A DNA stretch of 37,210 nucleotides. It comes from a virus. Taxonomy: Duplodnaviria; Caudoviricetes. The DNA is taken from positions 1 to 37,210 of IMG/VR virus record IMGVR_UViG_3300034357_000099. One strand, given 5' to 3'. The notes under the pieces are model-generated. The model had not been told where the DNA came from, did no database searches, and saw only the letters and a program-made list of their open reading frames with translations. Positions 23,801-32,434 of this stretch are shown here, piece after piece. The translations under genes were made by a program, and so were the position numbers. The first letter of the stretch is position 1. Every line of letters starts with the position of its first letter.

Positions 23801-26095
23801 AGAAGCAGTGTTAGCCGCAGTTTCTGTGCCAGCCGCCGCGACAGTTGCTGTGGCTTCAGCCCCCTTCATAGCTATTGACTTAATTGACATGGCAAACTCA
23901 AACGCACGGAATGCGGTTTCAGCCGCTTGCATTACTTTATAGCCTACAGACTTTTCCTTGAAGAAGCCTTTTGCCGCGCCAGCAAGGTTTGCATATTGGT
24001 TAATTTCTAAACGTGAATTGCGCTGTTGAGCCGCCGAACGAGTAGCCTCATCTTTAAAGCCAAGCTTTACCAGTGCGTTGAATTTTTCTTGGCGGTCAGC
24101 TATTTGGTCAAAAACGCTAACAACGCCGCCCATAGCCTTACCCATGTCACCAAATAGGGCTTCAAAGTTCATGTCAATGTTAAGGTTGTTAAATGCTTCT
24201 AGGGCTTTTTTGTATTCATCAGCCGCTTTTTGAGCATCTTCGTCAGCTTTCTTTTTATCTTCTACGGCCTTCATATTGGCAATAAGAACCGCGCCGTTTG
24301 CAATGATTGCATCACGCAATGGGCCAGCCGCAACCGTAGCGGCCTTTTGATTTATTTCTAACTGCTTTAGTTCAATGGAGGTTTTGCCTATAGCGTCTGC
24401 TTCTTTTAAATAGCCATCAGCAATTTCCTGAGCATTAAACTGCGCTTGCTTTTCCGCAGTTGCAGCGCCAGCAGTCCTGATTTTTGCGGCATAATCAGTA
24501 TAGCCTTTAGCAGCGGCTTCCAATGCTAATTTTTCATTATCAAACGCCTTAATTTGTTCTGGCGTCATTCCAATTTTGACGCCTTCTTCAATTATATCCG
24601 ACAAAGCATTGCGGTATTTTTCCAGAGGGTCAGCAGCTTCCTTGGCTTTCTTGCCAGTTTTTTCAATAGCAGCGGATACATTTTGCAAAACAGGTTCTGT
24701 TTGGCTGTAAACCTTGTTGCTTTCAATTATAGCATTGCCGTTTTGTATTAAGAATGTGTTAGCTTCTTTAATCGCGGCAGCATTCTTTTTGTATTCTATA
24801 GCAACTCTGCCAACCATTCCGCTTTTCGCAGTATATGCTTCTATTTGCTTATTGCGTTCAATTAATACGTCACGTTCAATTTGAACGTCTTTTAAACCAG
24901 CAACGCCTCTCTTGGCAGCTTGTGCGTAATTTTTATCCTGCGTTGCAGCCAATCGGCCAAGGTCATTGATAAGGTTTTGCGTTTCGCCCCTTGCTTCTGA
25001 TTGCGCGGTGACAAGAGCGTATATTGCGCCCACGACAGCGCCAATGGCAACAACGGCTAATCCCCAGCCAGTTGAGGCAAGAATAGCCTGTAAGCCCTTG
25101 ATGCCAGCACCAGCTAATGCGCTTGCGGTGGTAGTCGCGCCCAATGCGAATTGCATGGCAACTAGTTGGCTAATATATGCCACAATAGCTTGAATGCCTA
25201 ATGCTGCGCGAAACGCCAGAAAAGCAGCGGTCATTGCTGCTACAGCTACTATTACAACTTGAGCAACACGCGCAATTTGATTTAGATTATTTGATAGACC
25301 AACTATTCCTTGGGCAAGCGCCGCTGTAAATCCAGTCGCCCTATCCGCCTCAGCCACAAACAGCATAAGTGAATTACTTAGCACCGTCATAGACTGCCCA
25401 ACAGTCATAGGCATTCTGCTAAACTCACTGTCAATATCATTGCCCATTTTAAGCAATGCCGCATAAACTTCTGCGCCAGTTAGCTTACCTTGTGCGCCAA
25501 GCTTTCGCAGTTCACCAACGGTAATACCCATGCCTTCAGCAATAGCTTGAGCAACGCGAGGCATACCCTCCATAACTGAATTGAGTTCGTCACCGCGCAA
25601 AGCACCAGATGCAAAAGCTTGCCCTAATTGCATCAACGCACCAGATGCCTGTTCAGCACTAGTTCCAGATACAATCATTGCTTTGTTGATTGTTTCAGTT
25701 ACGCGCATGACAGATTGTTGACTTACGCCTAAGTTTTCTGTTGAACGGGCTAAACGTGAAAAAAGCGAAACCGTGCTTTCATATCCAACACGAGTATTTT
25801 GCGACATTGCAAACAGTTGCTTTTCAGCAGCAGCTAATTGCTGCGCGTTATCTGTAACTAGAGCAAGCTGGCCGTTCATGCGGGTAAATGTATCAGCCAT
25901 TAAAATAGCTTCGCGTGCTAGTAGTCCAAAGCCAATGCCAGCTAAAACGCCACGCAACCCTTCAAAGGCACGACCAAGGCCAGTAGCTTTTTGCTCTGTG
26001 CCAGCAGCGGCGTTACCCAATGCGTTCAGGTCAGTAGTGGCAGACTTAACGTCACGGCTATCTACGCCAATTCTTAGGTTTGCTAAATCTGCCAC
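20816..26095 (-). CDS. Tail tape measure protein
   Basis: 1759 aa, Ala-rich; N-terminal tape-measure domain (QLGQAFASGALRGDELNSVME); follows the tail chaperones. Confidence 0.93.
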   Translation of the reverse strand: MADLANLRIGVDSRDVKSATTDLNALGNAAAGTEQKATGLGRAFEGLRGVLAGIGFGLLAREAILMADTFTRMNGQLALVTDNAQQLAAAEKQLFAMSQNTRVGYESTVSLFSRLARSTENLGVSQQSVMRVTETINKAMIVSGTSAEQASGALMQLGQAFASGALRGDELNSVMEGMPRVAQAIAEGMGITVGELRKLGAQGKLTGAEVYAALLKMGNDIDSEFSRMPMTVGQSMTVLSNSLMLFVAEADRATGFTAALAQGIVGLSNNLNQIARVAQVVIVAVAAMTAAFLAFRAALGIQAIVAYISQLVAMQFALGATTTASALAGAGIKGLQAILASTGWGLAVVAIGAVVGAIYALVTAQSEARGETQNLINDLGRLAATQDKNYAQAAKRGVAGLKDVQIERDVLIERNKQIEAYTAKSGMVGRVAIEYKKNAAAIKEANTFLIQNGNAIIESNKVYSQTEPVLQNVSAAIEKTGKKAKEAADPLEKYRNALSDIIEEGVKIGMTPEQIKAFDNEKLALEAAAKGYTDYAAKIRTAGAATAEKQAQFNAQEIADGYLKEADAIGKTSIELKQLEINQKAATVAAGPLRDAIIANGAVLIANMKAVEDKKKADEDAQKAADEYKKALEAFNNLNIDMNFEALFGDMGKAMGGVVSVFDQIADRQEKFNALVKLGFKDEATRSAAQQRNSRLEINQYANLAGAAKGFFKEKSVGYKVMQAAETAFRAFEFAMSIKSIAMKGAEATATVAAAGTETAANTASGASKIFSQLGMWAFPVVAAMIAVMASLGGKGGSVSQPTIPSAEDMQAQQGAGSVLGDATAKSDSINRALEIMASNSNSDLEYSNQMLTSLRSIQNSMADLANNVAKQISVSGSMFDTSGQRLGSSGSGGFLGIGKTSTTRELYDLGIDIVSTSIAEIIAGGIAGNTYQVVQQVKKKSGFFGIGGGTKTTYQTTTGNIDEDIRNSITDVIASLRQGLIDGADVIGLDGAQAILDSIQVNIGRISLSGLSGSEIEEQLNAIFSKVGDEMAGALFPALTSMQRIGEGLFETFARVAREYQVVDVALRSIGKEFGSVGVASIEARSALVQMFESLDQFVEQTNYFRDNFLTEAEQLAPITQAVADELARLGLSSLTTIEQFKNAVLGLDLTSTAGQETYAALLQLAPAFKQVADYQAEIAKLQEASAQTGIDAAKINAENAKAALEIQQKRVSMEIQLLEAQGFASEALAIRRRLELAAMDGSLRALQEQIYAAQDATAAAQAAKAASDVAARDAAQQTNLEIQLMEAQGDAASALAARRALELAAMNETLGALQAQIYAAQDAKAAIEAATRAAQQAADQSARIATERTNLEIQLMEAEGNSVDALAARRAQELAALDESNRALQELIYAEQDAAAARDIAARAAEEAARAAEQRAQERAQAQAEAERKAAERLAAAAQLANDRRQLEIQLMEAQGQTSEALAARRAIELAGMDASLRGLQQQIYAAEDAREASLAAAEAAAQAAEEQERLAEAALALARDRRSLEIELLEAQGFAIEALTLRRAMELEAIDESLRGIQEQIWAAQAKAEADALAVQAAEDAAKALQDYADALANVSQTVIDEINRLRGINSSSSSVLLKAQFATLTAQARTGNLDALGKLPELSRSIEEATLGTATSALEVARIRAWLAASLSETLALQGSSDSMVNATSAGLTFDGNSTASANADQTAGELSNMSNVLYNALYQVARNTGKSFELLDRWDGDGLPDIREDASDYY
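21390..22470 (-). repeat. Five ~48 aa repeats in the tape measure C-terminus
   Basis: (L/M)EI(Q/E)L(L/M)EA(Q/E)G....AL..RR..EL.........Q..I(Y/W)A occurs 5 times, separated by Ala/Glu/Gln linkers of variable length. Boundaries approximate. Confidence 0.85.
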
Positions 26096-26135
26096 GCTGT
26101 AACCCCATTCAAAGTTGATTGCTTATAGCGCAAAA

Positions 26136-26580
26136 CTATCGTCTTGTCTTGCCTGCATTGATTTTATCCGACCATGAGGACATCGCATCAGCAATTTTCT
26201 GCCGCCGTTCTTGTGTCATGATAGATGGGTCTACCCAAGGTGCTGGGCAATTAGCATCGCTGGCCTGTCCCAGCATATAAGCATAATCTTTGGATAGCGT
26301 GCGGACAGCCTTGGCTTCCCACGGTGTTAGGCTGATGCCTTGGTTGTATTGCCATGCAACAAGGTCAACCTCATCAATGCCAATTTGCCCACCCATGCCA
26401 GATGGTTTAGCGGGGCCAACCTCAAACAGTATTTCAAGCAAGTGAGCGCCAGCCTCAATTTGAGGCATGGCGTCCGACTTGGTTTCGCGTCTTGGGCGTT
26501 TAGCTTTTGACGGGATTGTGTTCAGCCAAGCTGCGTGCTTAACGAACACCGATAGTTGTTCAATCGTTTGCGCGAAAAAA
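26136..26580 (-). CDS. Tail assembly chaperone C-terminal extension (gpT-like), probably made by frameshift
   Basis: Overlaps the end of the chaperone ORF at a T6 run, in the +1 frame; lies between chaperone and tape measure. Confidence 0.7.
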
Positions 26581-26967
26581 GTTGGCGCGATTGCCAACAA
26601 ACTCCTGCACCTGTTCTTTAATCCACGACCAATCTGCATAGACAGTGCGGACGTTTTCAGGCGTGCATTCAAGGTCTTTGCCATCAAGGGTGAAGCCAGC
26701 CCACGCAGTTGTCAACTTGACTAAATCGTCAATGCCATCTTCCGAAAGCTTTTCAGCATCAAGGTCAAGTGCCTTTTTGCCTTTAGCCATGCGGTTAAGC
26801 GCAGCCTGTTGCTTGCCCATTTGAAGCTTGCGGTAAATCTTGCTGTCCTGCCCAAGCAGGGTAATGGTCATGCCCTCAATTAGTTCTTCCGTTTCAGGAT
26901 GCACAATATTAAGAACAGCGCCATCGTCTGCCATTACTGGCTTTAATGAATTAAGGTCAAAAGACAT
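26560..26967 (-). CDS. Tail assembly chaperone (gpG-like)
   Basis: Between major tail protein and tape measure; ends ...WIKEQVQEFVGNRANFFRAND. Confidence 0.82.
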   Translation of the reverse strand: MSFDLNSLKPVMADDGAVLNIVHPETEELIEGMTITLLGQDSKIYRKLQMGKQQAALNRMAKGKKALDLDAEKLSEDGIDDLVKLTTAWAGFTLDGKDLECTPENVRTVYADWSWIKEQVQEFVGNRANFFRAND

Positions 26968-26984
26968 ATTAAAACTCCATCCGA

Positions 26985-27039
26985 TGCGCCCGATTAAAGT
27001 TCTCCCCTGCCGTAGTCGGACGCAGCCACGGCAGGGAAG
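26985..27039 (-). other. Predicted H-type RNA pseudoknot between major tail and chaperone genes
   Basis: S1 CCCUGCCGUGG/CUACGGCAGGG; loop UGCGUCCGA pairs with downstream UCGGGCGCA (9 bp, one G-U). Confidence 0.6.
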
Positions 27040-27050
27040 CTTTTATGTCG

Positions 27051-27506
27051 TTAGTCTACTTTAACGACCGAATTGTCGATTTCAAGTGTAACTTCAGCCA
27101 TCGTGATGGCGTCAGCGTTACCGACATTCGTTTTGTATGACATAACCTGTGCAGTGAAATACTGGATTTCACCAGTTACAAGCGCAACCTTAACAGATAC
27201 CTGAGCATCCGAACCAGCAGGGGCTTCACCAGCGGTCTTCAATACGCCTTGGCCTGTATCGTCAAACGACGAAGCCATTGCAAGCGTAACGGAGCCATAG
27301 TTAAGCGAACCACGGCGCTTTGCAACAATACCCGTGCCAAGTGGCGTATGGGTAGCAAGCGCAGCTTCTGCACCGAACGCTGGCAAATCAGAAAGCTCAC
27401 CGCAAGCAGACCAAGTAAGAGCAGCAAAACCCGTTGCGTCATAAGTCGCGGGGGCAGTGGCGGAAACGGAAACAATCGTCCCTACCGAAGAAACAATATC
27501 AGACAT
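27051..27506 (-). CDS. Major tail (tube) protein
   Basis: Start moved to ATG 27506 behind GGAGG; PATYDATGFAALTW...G.L...FG...KRRGSLNYG; position. Confidence 0.82.
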   Translation of the reverse strand: MSDIVSSVGTIVSVSATAPATYDATGFAALTWSACGELSDLPAFGAEAALATHTPLGTGIVAKRRGSLNYGSVTLAMASSFDDTGQGVLKTAGEAPAGSDAQVSVKVALVTGEIQYFTAQVMSYKTNVGNADAITMAEVTLEIDNSVVKVD

Positions 27507-27563
27507 TAAAAAAACCTCCATGCATGAAGAAACAAATAAAACTCTTTGCGAATGATAAACAAA

Positions 27564-27950
27564 TCACCGCAAATCGCGTTTCATGTTATCAATAGCAATT
27601 CGCACCATACCACGTTCAGCTTGTTTAGACCACCCTTCAAACTCAAGGCGGTAAATGTATGGCAAATTGTTACTAATCCAAAATACGTTGCCAGTAGCTT
27701 TAGCAATATCTGGCATGGCGCGACCAATAGCTAGACTTTCGGCTGGTGACTTGCCGCCTTCAAATTCAATGGTTGCGCCAGATGGTGAACCAATAGATGT
27801 GAACCAATTAGCTTTAGCCCTGCCAGTATCTACGGGTGTATCGTAAACTATGTCTTTAAGTAAATTTAAGCACAGTTCACGAACCACCTTGTCAGCGTTG
27901 CCTTCAGCCTTTTTTACAAACTTGCTTATATCAAGCGTAAAGGTGCTCAT
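27564..27950 (-). CDS. HK97 gp10-like tail completion protein
   Basis: TPVDTGRAKANW, NNLPYIYRLEF.GWSKQA..GMVR. Confidence 0.85.
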   Translation of the reverse strand: MSTFTLDISKFVKKAEGNADKVVRELCLNLLKDIVYDTPVDTGRAKANWFTSIGSPSGATIEFEGGKSPAESLAIGRAMPDIAKATGNVFWISNNLPYIYRLEFEGWSKQAERGMVRIAIDNMKRDLR

Positions 27951-28342
27951 ATAAACGCCCTGTATGTAACTGATACTGGAACCACCCAGCGGTCACCAGA
28001 CATGAACGCCGCAGCCTGTGACGTTGATAGGATGGTGACAGTCACATCATCATAGACCAGCCTGTCGCCACGCACGAACGCCCCTGCAACAGTGTCAGCA
28101 GTCAAGCGGCCAATGCCCTTACCTGCGTCCGCTGGAGAATAGACCAGCACTTGATAGATGCCGCCATACTCATCCGATGCTTCGCTTGCGATGCCTACAG
28201 CAATGGTGTTGCCAGCAATGAGGCTTTCAGCAAGGTAAACCTGCCCAGCAGTCGGCTTAAAGCGTGAGTTCTCCCACGCCGTAGGAATGTTCAAGGTTGC
28301 CAGTTGCGTTGATAACGCTGCACCAATTTTAGTAAGGCTCAT
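27947..28342 (-). CDS. Tail terminator-like protein (DUF4128-like)
   Basis: AWEN..F.P, GIYQV.V..P...G, W.VPVSV.YRA; position. Confidence 0.75.
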   Translation of the reverse strand: MSLTKIGAALSTQLATLNIPTAWENSRFKPTAGQVYLAESLIAGNTIAVGIASEASDEYGGIYQVLVYSPADAGKGIGRLTADTVAGAFVRGDRLVYDDVTVTILSTSQAAAFMSGDRWVVPVSVTYRAFI

Positions 28343-28499
28343 CGAAAGGCTCCGCCACTTGCATATCTACCGCCACTTTTTCGCCATTATCTAGCAAAAG
28401 AATATAGGCGATGATACCGCCGCTGGTATCATGCAGGACGCTATCTAACGTGCCTACGTTCCAATCACAGGGGAACCAAACTCTGGTGCCGATTTCCAT
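28329..28499 (-). CDS. Small hypothetical protein (56 aa, not in ORF track)
   Basis: TAATG coupling; MEIGTRVWFPCDWNVGTLDSVL...AYILLLDNGEKVAVD fills the gap. Confidence 0.6.
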   Translation of the reverse strand: MEIGTRVWFPCDWNVGTLDSVLHDTSGGIIAYILLLDNGEKVAVDMQVAEPFDEPY

Positions 28500-28852
28500 T
28501 AGTTAGCCCTCACCTGACAAATAAAGATAATGTCTTGACCCGACAGCCGAATGCTTTGGATGTCCATGACGCGATAGGTTGTGTTGTTAATTTCAATAAG
28601 GCAACCAATGACAGGCTGTGGGTCAATCAGTTCCATGATAAAGCGTATATCACCCGCTTGAATTACCACCCCATCAATATCCTTGGTGTGATATTTTGAT
28701 GGGTAGCCGACAGCGGTTACAGTGCTTGTTGTGCTGCTACCAACGTCTTCGCCAGTGATAGGGTCGTATTCCGCCCAATCCGTAAAGGTGACAGTGACTT
28801 CCTCGCCGTATTTGGCAAGCAGCCTAGCAGCGGTTTGTGCCTGTCCGCTCAT
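28499..28852 (-). CDS. Head closure / head-tail joining protein
   Basis: A.RLL.KYG, YDPITG, IDG..IQ.GD; position. Confidence 0.72.
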   Translation of the reverse strand: MSGQAQTAARLLAKYGEEVTVTFTDWAEYDPITGEDVGSSTTSTVTAVGYPSKYHTKDIDGVVIQAGDIRFIMELIDPQPVIGCLIEINNTTYRVMDIQSIRLSGQDIIFICQVRAN

Positions 28853-29361
28853 ACTCGGTTTATTCTTACCTGTGAAAAGCTGCCGTCAGATGACGAAACC
28901 AAATATGCGGCAAGCATACGATTGACGAACGGATAGCGTTGCGTTGGGTCTGAATAGTCTTGATATTCAATCTCAATGACATCAATTTTCTCGCGCTTCA
29001 CTCGCTGCCCTTGGTCGGCAATCAGCGTTTCACCACCAGCGGCACGGACAGCCATTTCAATGCAAGAATAAACTAGGGGAAGGGGTAGCACGTTAGCATC
29101 CAGCAGGAAGCCATCCACGATGACGTTAGAGCGAGGCCACGATAGCGATTGTGTTGCAGTAATGCGGTTACCCTTCCACGCATCGCGGTAGGTAGCCTCA
29201 AGGTAATCAGTCGCGTTTATCAGCGCCTGTTGCTTGATTGTGTTTGTAAGCGTTGACCAGCCAGCAATGCCACGGTCAGCCACATAGCCATCCGCAGCCG
29301 AAACGCTGGCATAACTATTGGCGTTTGGAACACCAGAACCTGTTTCGACTACGAATGCCAT
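28849..29361 (-). CDS. Head-tail adaptor (DnaT-like domain family)
   Basis: VVETGSG.PNANSYAS...AL..ATDYL...WKG.R....Q.LSWPR. Confidence 0.8.
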   Translation of the reverse strand: MAFVVETGSGVPNANSYASVSAADGYVADRGIAGWSTLTNTIKQQALINATDYLEATYRDAWKGNRITATQSLSWPRSNVIVDGFLLDANVLPLPLVYSCIEMAVRAAGGETLIADQGQRVKREKIDVIEIEYQDYSDPTQRYPFVNRMLAAYLVSSSDGSFSQVRINRV

Positions 29362-29364
29362 GTA

Positions 29365-29652
29365 TTAATCCTTTTTTGGACGGCCACGCTTTGATGGCTT
29401 GAAGCTAACTTCTTCCGCCTCATACGCTAGTGGCGTATCTTCTTCTGCTTCTGCTTCTGCTTCAGCTTCAGCTTCAGGCTCATCAGCAACCTCTGGCTCT
29501 GCCGTAACAGGCGCATCTTCTTCTTCAATCTTTTGATGAATTGGTGTGCCAGCGGGTGCAAAGCTTGCGTCGATGATTTTATAACCCTCTGCTTGCAGTT
29601 TAGCTTTACGCGCTGGGTTTACTGGATGCGGCTCATAAATGATTTTAGCCAT
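29365..29652 (-). CDS. Hypothetical head-associated protein
   Basis: Start moved to ATG 29652; IYEPHPV...K..L...GYKIIDA.F, acidic EA repeat, C-terminal KRGRPKK. Confidence 0.7.
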   Translation of the reverse strand: MAKIIYEPHPVNPARKAKLQAEGYKIIDASFAPAGTPIHQKIEEEDAPVTAEPEVADEPEAEAEAEAEAEEDTPLAYEAEEVSFKPSKRGRPKKD

Positions 29653-29674
29653 AAACAATCCTTTCAATAAGGTT

Positions 29675-29700
29675 AGGGGCTGTCATGAGCGACAGCCCCT
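29675..29700 (-). terminator. Hairpin after major capsid gene
   Basis: 10 bp stem AGGGGCTGTC/GACAGCCCCT just past the capsid stop; weak U-tract. Confidence 0.6.
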
Positions 29701-29711
29701 TTCCTTTACTC

Positions 29712-30683
29712 TTACAGGTCAGCGTCACCAACAGCAAGAACACCAGCAGTGTGCTTGATGGAAGTGGCAACCTTGTCCCAGTTGGAACCAGTTGCGAGTT
29801 CTGCATCGGTTGGCGACTTGCCACCGTTTACAGTATCCCATGTGTAGCCCTTCAGAGCCACGCCAAAGGTGTAATCGACCTGCATTGTGGTTTCGATGCG
29901 GGTCTGACCATTGCTGGTTTCGATGTTGCTGATAACGTCACCGCCATCATAAACAACAGCAGCACCATCAGCCAAGCCAAGCGCACGGGCGAGGTTTGGT
30001 GTGCCAGCAGCATACAGTGCAGGAGCATCAGTGACGATGACAGGACGGCCAAGGATGTCCACAACCTGAACATTCTGTGCAACGAACAACTGAGCGCCAT
30101 TGGTCAAGTTCTGACCAATGAGCTTGTGGTAGGTTGCGCCGTTGATGACGTTAGCAACGATGCTTGACGAATGGTCGCCAAACAAAGCGTTTGCGCTGTT
30201 CATTGTGCCATAGCTCAATGGGTCATCAGCCGAAACGTCTACAGTCGTTGCAGCGCCTTGGTTGCCGATTGCAGCAACAAGAGCAGCTATTGCAGTGTTC
30301 AACTGGTCAGCCATCAAAGCTTCAGCAAAGTTACGCGATGCAACTTCAATGCCTTCCGATGTAGGCTTCTGCAACCATGTAAGCTGCGAAGGCTCAAAGC
30401 GGATAGGGCCAAAGCCACCAGCAACCTTAACACCGCTGATTTGAAGCTGCGTAAGGTCAGTTGCAGTTGCCGAAGCTTGCGATGCGTAGCGGTCTACACG
30501 GCGCTGTGCCGAGTGGATAGCAGCGAAGAAGCTCTCTTGGTAAAAGTCGCCATCAAAACCAGTGGTGGTCAAACGGATTGCGCCGTTGGATGCACCGTTA
30601 AACTTGTCAACCATTTGCGAGAGCGTCTCGATGGTGGCTGGCATTACGTATTCATTGAATACCTTCATTTGCGAAAGTGACAT
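29712..30683 (-). CDS. Major capsid protein
   Basis: 323 aa after the scaffold with AAGGA RBS; VDKFNGASNGAI.L, GYTWD...GG.SPT...LATG.NW....TS.K.TAGV. Confidence 0.88.
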   Translation of the reverse strand: MSLSQMKVFNEYVMPATIETLSQMVDKFNGASNGAIRLTTTGFDGDFYQESFFAAIHSAQRRVDRYASQASATATDLTQLQISGVKVAGGFGPIRFEPSQLTWLQKPTSEGIEVASRNFAEALMADQLNTAIAALVAAIGNQGAATTVDVSADDPLSYGTMNSANALFGDHSSSIVANVINGATYHKLIGQNLTNGAQLFVAQNVQVVDILGRPVIVTDAPALYAAGTPNLARALGLADGAAVVYDGGDVISNIETSNGQTRIETTMQVDYTFGVALKGYTWDTVNGGKSPTDAELATGSNWDKVATSIKHTAGVLAVGDADL

Positions 30684-30695
30684 AACTTAAAATCC

Positions 30696-31289
30696 TTATG
30701 GTAGGTCAGGGAACATATTTTTAATTGCGTTTACCCGCTGCCCTTTATCGCCGCCTAGGTTGCCCTTGGGTGCGATAGGTGTGCCATTACCGTTTCCGCC
30801 AGTGGCTCCACCACCAGAATTTGCGGGAGCAGAAACGAAGTGCTTGCCTTCGTCACTAGCGGCCCATTCAGTAATTGCATCAAGCAACGGCTTGTCACCC
30901 ATGAGTGCAGAATATTGACCATTCTCCGCTGTCACCTTGGTATTAGCCTTCAACATCGCCTTTGCAGCCGACATGAATTCTGGCTTGATACCTGCTTTCA
31001 GCATCGCATCGTTAAGCCCGTTGTCGATTAAATAAGACTGCAATGCGCCATCTTTTTCTGTCAGGCTTGATTGCAATGTTTCAATCGCTTTGGTGCTTTC
31101 CTTTGTGGTCTTGGTTAGCTCCGATTTCAGCGTTTCATTTTCGTTTTGTAACGCTGCGTATTCGGCGGGGTCTATTTCAGCACCTTTGGCTTTCGCCTTT
31201 GCTACCTTAACTTCACCCAGCAACTGATTATTCTTTGCGCTAAGAACCTCAATCGCTGCTTCTAACTCTGCTATTTTATCTTCACTCAT
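30696..31289 (-). CDS. Capsid scaffolding protein
   Basis: Coiled-coil N-terminus, Gly-rich C-terminal tail (SGGGATGG); directly upstream of the capsid gene. Confidence 0.78.
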   Translation of the reverse strand: MSEDKIAELEAAIEVLSAKNNQLLGEVKVAKAKAKGAEIDPAEYAALQNENETLKSELTKTTKESTKAIETLQSSLTEKDGALQSYLIDNGLNDAMLKAGIKPEFMSAAKAMLKANTKVTAENGQYSALMGDKPLLDAITEWAASDEGKHFVSAPANSGGGATGGNGNGTPIAPKGNLGGDKGQRVNAIKNMFPDLP

Positions 31290-31295
31290 AGGTTT

Positions 31296-31346
31296 GTCCT
31301 CTGGACTTTGTTGCCCCTCTGGGGCGGTTGGCGCTCTGGCTCTGCC
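31296..31346 (-). promoter_or_regulatory. Tandem CAGAG hairpins in the scaffold leader
   Basis: GGCAGAGCC, GCCCCAGAGGGGC and GTCCAGAGGAC; the last contains the GAGGA RBS. Confidence 0.65.
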
Positions 31347-31394
31347 TCGGCGTTAGCTTGCTATTAACACATTTAGAAACGCTTGACTATAACG

Positions 31395-32426
31395 TCACGG
31401 TTTCCCGTATTTACGTTCTAATTGTGTCAACGACAATGGGTTGCCACGCTGGTCTAATAGCTGGCTTAAAGTTATCTTGCCTGAGCGCCAAAGTTCAGCG
31501 CGGCCCTTGCCTAGCATCTCATCTGCAAACTCTGGCGGCTTGTTCTTTAGGAATTGGTCAAAGGTTAAGTCTTGGGCAACTGAACCATCCATGCTTGCGC
31601 GAGTTCTTGGCGCAATCTGGTCTTTAGCCTTACCCGTTATCTCGGACATTGAGCGCGTGACGGGTATTGATGTTGAGCGGCAAGCCCAATGAGCGGGTGG
31701 CCCACCATTCCACGGGATGCTGTGACCGATGGGCTTGAAGTCTGGAAACGTCCATGTCTTGCCAGAACGCGCCATACATATTTCGGTGGTGCGGCTATCC
31801 AACGTAGATACCCATTGCACCGCCTTGATAATGTCAGCGTTTTCCATGTAGCTTGCCATGCGAACGTCATTAGCCACAGTTTGCGTTGCCGTGCGTGTGA
31901 CAGCCATTGCATCGCGCCGTGCCTTAGCAATAGGCTCACCGCCCTTGTCGCCAGTGCCCATGATTGACTTGGCAATCTGCGCGTTTGTCAAACCAAGGCT
32001 TACACCGTTCTTAACAGCGCGGTTGATGTTAAAGCGTGCGCTTTCGTTTAACTGACTGAACCAACTGCCGATGGTCGCGCCTTGCGTTAGCGATGACTTG
32101 GCTATTTCATTTATAACGCTTGTGGCTGGCAATACAGCGTCAATGCCTACACTAGCGAATGCGCCGTTCATAAATGATGCCTCAGATGCAGCGATGCCAG
32201 CAAGGTCAGGTGCATCCAGCTTCATGATGCTGGTCAGTTCAGCTATTGCCTTATCAAGACGCTTGCCTTGATATTCCGTTAACTCTTTACCTTTTAATGC
32301 CTTGGTGATTTCCGCAGCTATGCTGTCCAGTTGCTTGTTCAACGCAATGTTTTCGCCAGCAATAATCCGCTCCAACAGAAGCTGGCGTATCGTTAGTAGG
32401 TCAAGCAGTTGGTCAGATACGCTCAT
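31395..32426 (-). CDS. Head morphogenesis protein (SPP1 gp7 / Mu gpF-like)
   Basis: WVSTLDSRTTEIC, PPAHWACRS, RASMDG.V...TF..FL. Confidence 0.88.
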   Translation of the reverse strand: MSVSDQLLDLLTIRQLLLERIIAGENIALNKQLDSIAAEITKALKGKELTEYQGKRLDKAIAELTSIMKLDAPDLAGIAASEASFMNGAFASVGIDAVLPATSVINEIAKSSLTQGATIGSWFSQLNESARFNINRAVKNGVSLGLTNAQIAKSIMGTGDKGGEPIAKARRDAMAVTRTATQTVANDVRMASYMENADIIKAVQWVSTLDSRTTEICMARSGKTWTFPDFKPIGHSIPWNGGPPAHWACRSTSIPVTRSMSEITGKAKDQIAPRTRASMDGSVAQDLTFDQFLKNKPPEFADEMLGKGRAELWRSGKITLSQLLDQRGNPLSLTQLERKYGKP

Positions 32427-32434
32427 TGGTTAGC

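Noticed and set aside
27039-27060. Stop read-through or -1 frameshift extending the major tail protein
   Set aside because: Frame 0 stops after 18 more codons and the chaperone frame has TAA a few nt past the stop, so no useful fusion results.
29435-29480. GCTTCW hexamer tandem repeat as a contingency locus
   Set aside because: It encodes an in-frame Glu-Ala linker, so length change would not switch phase.
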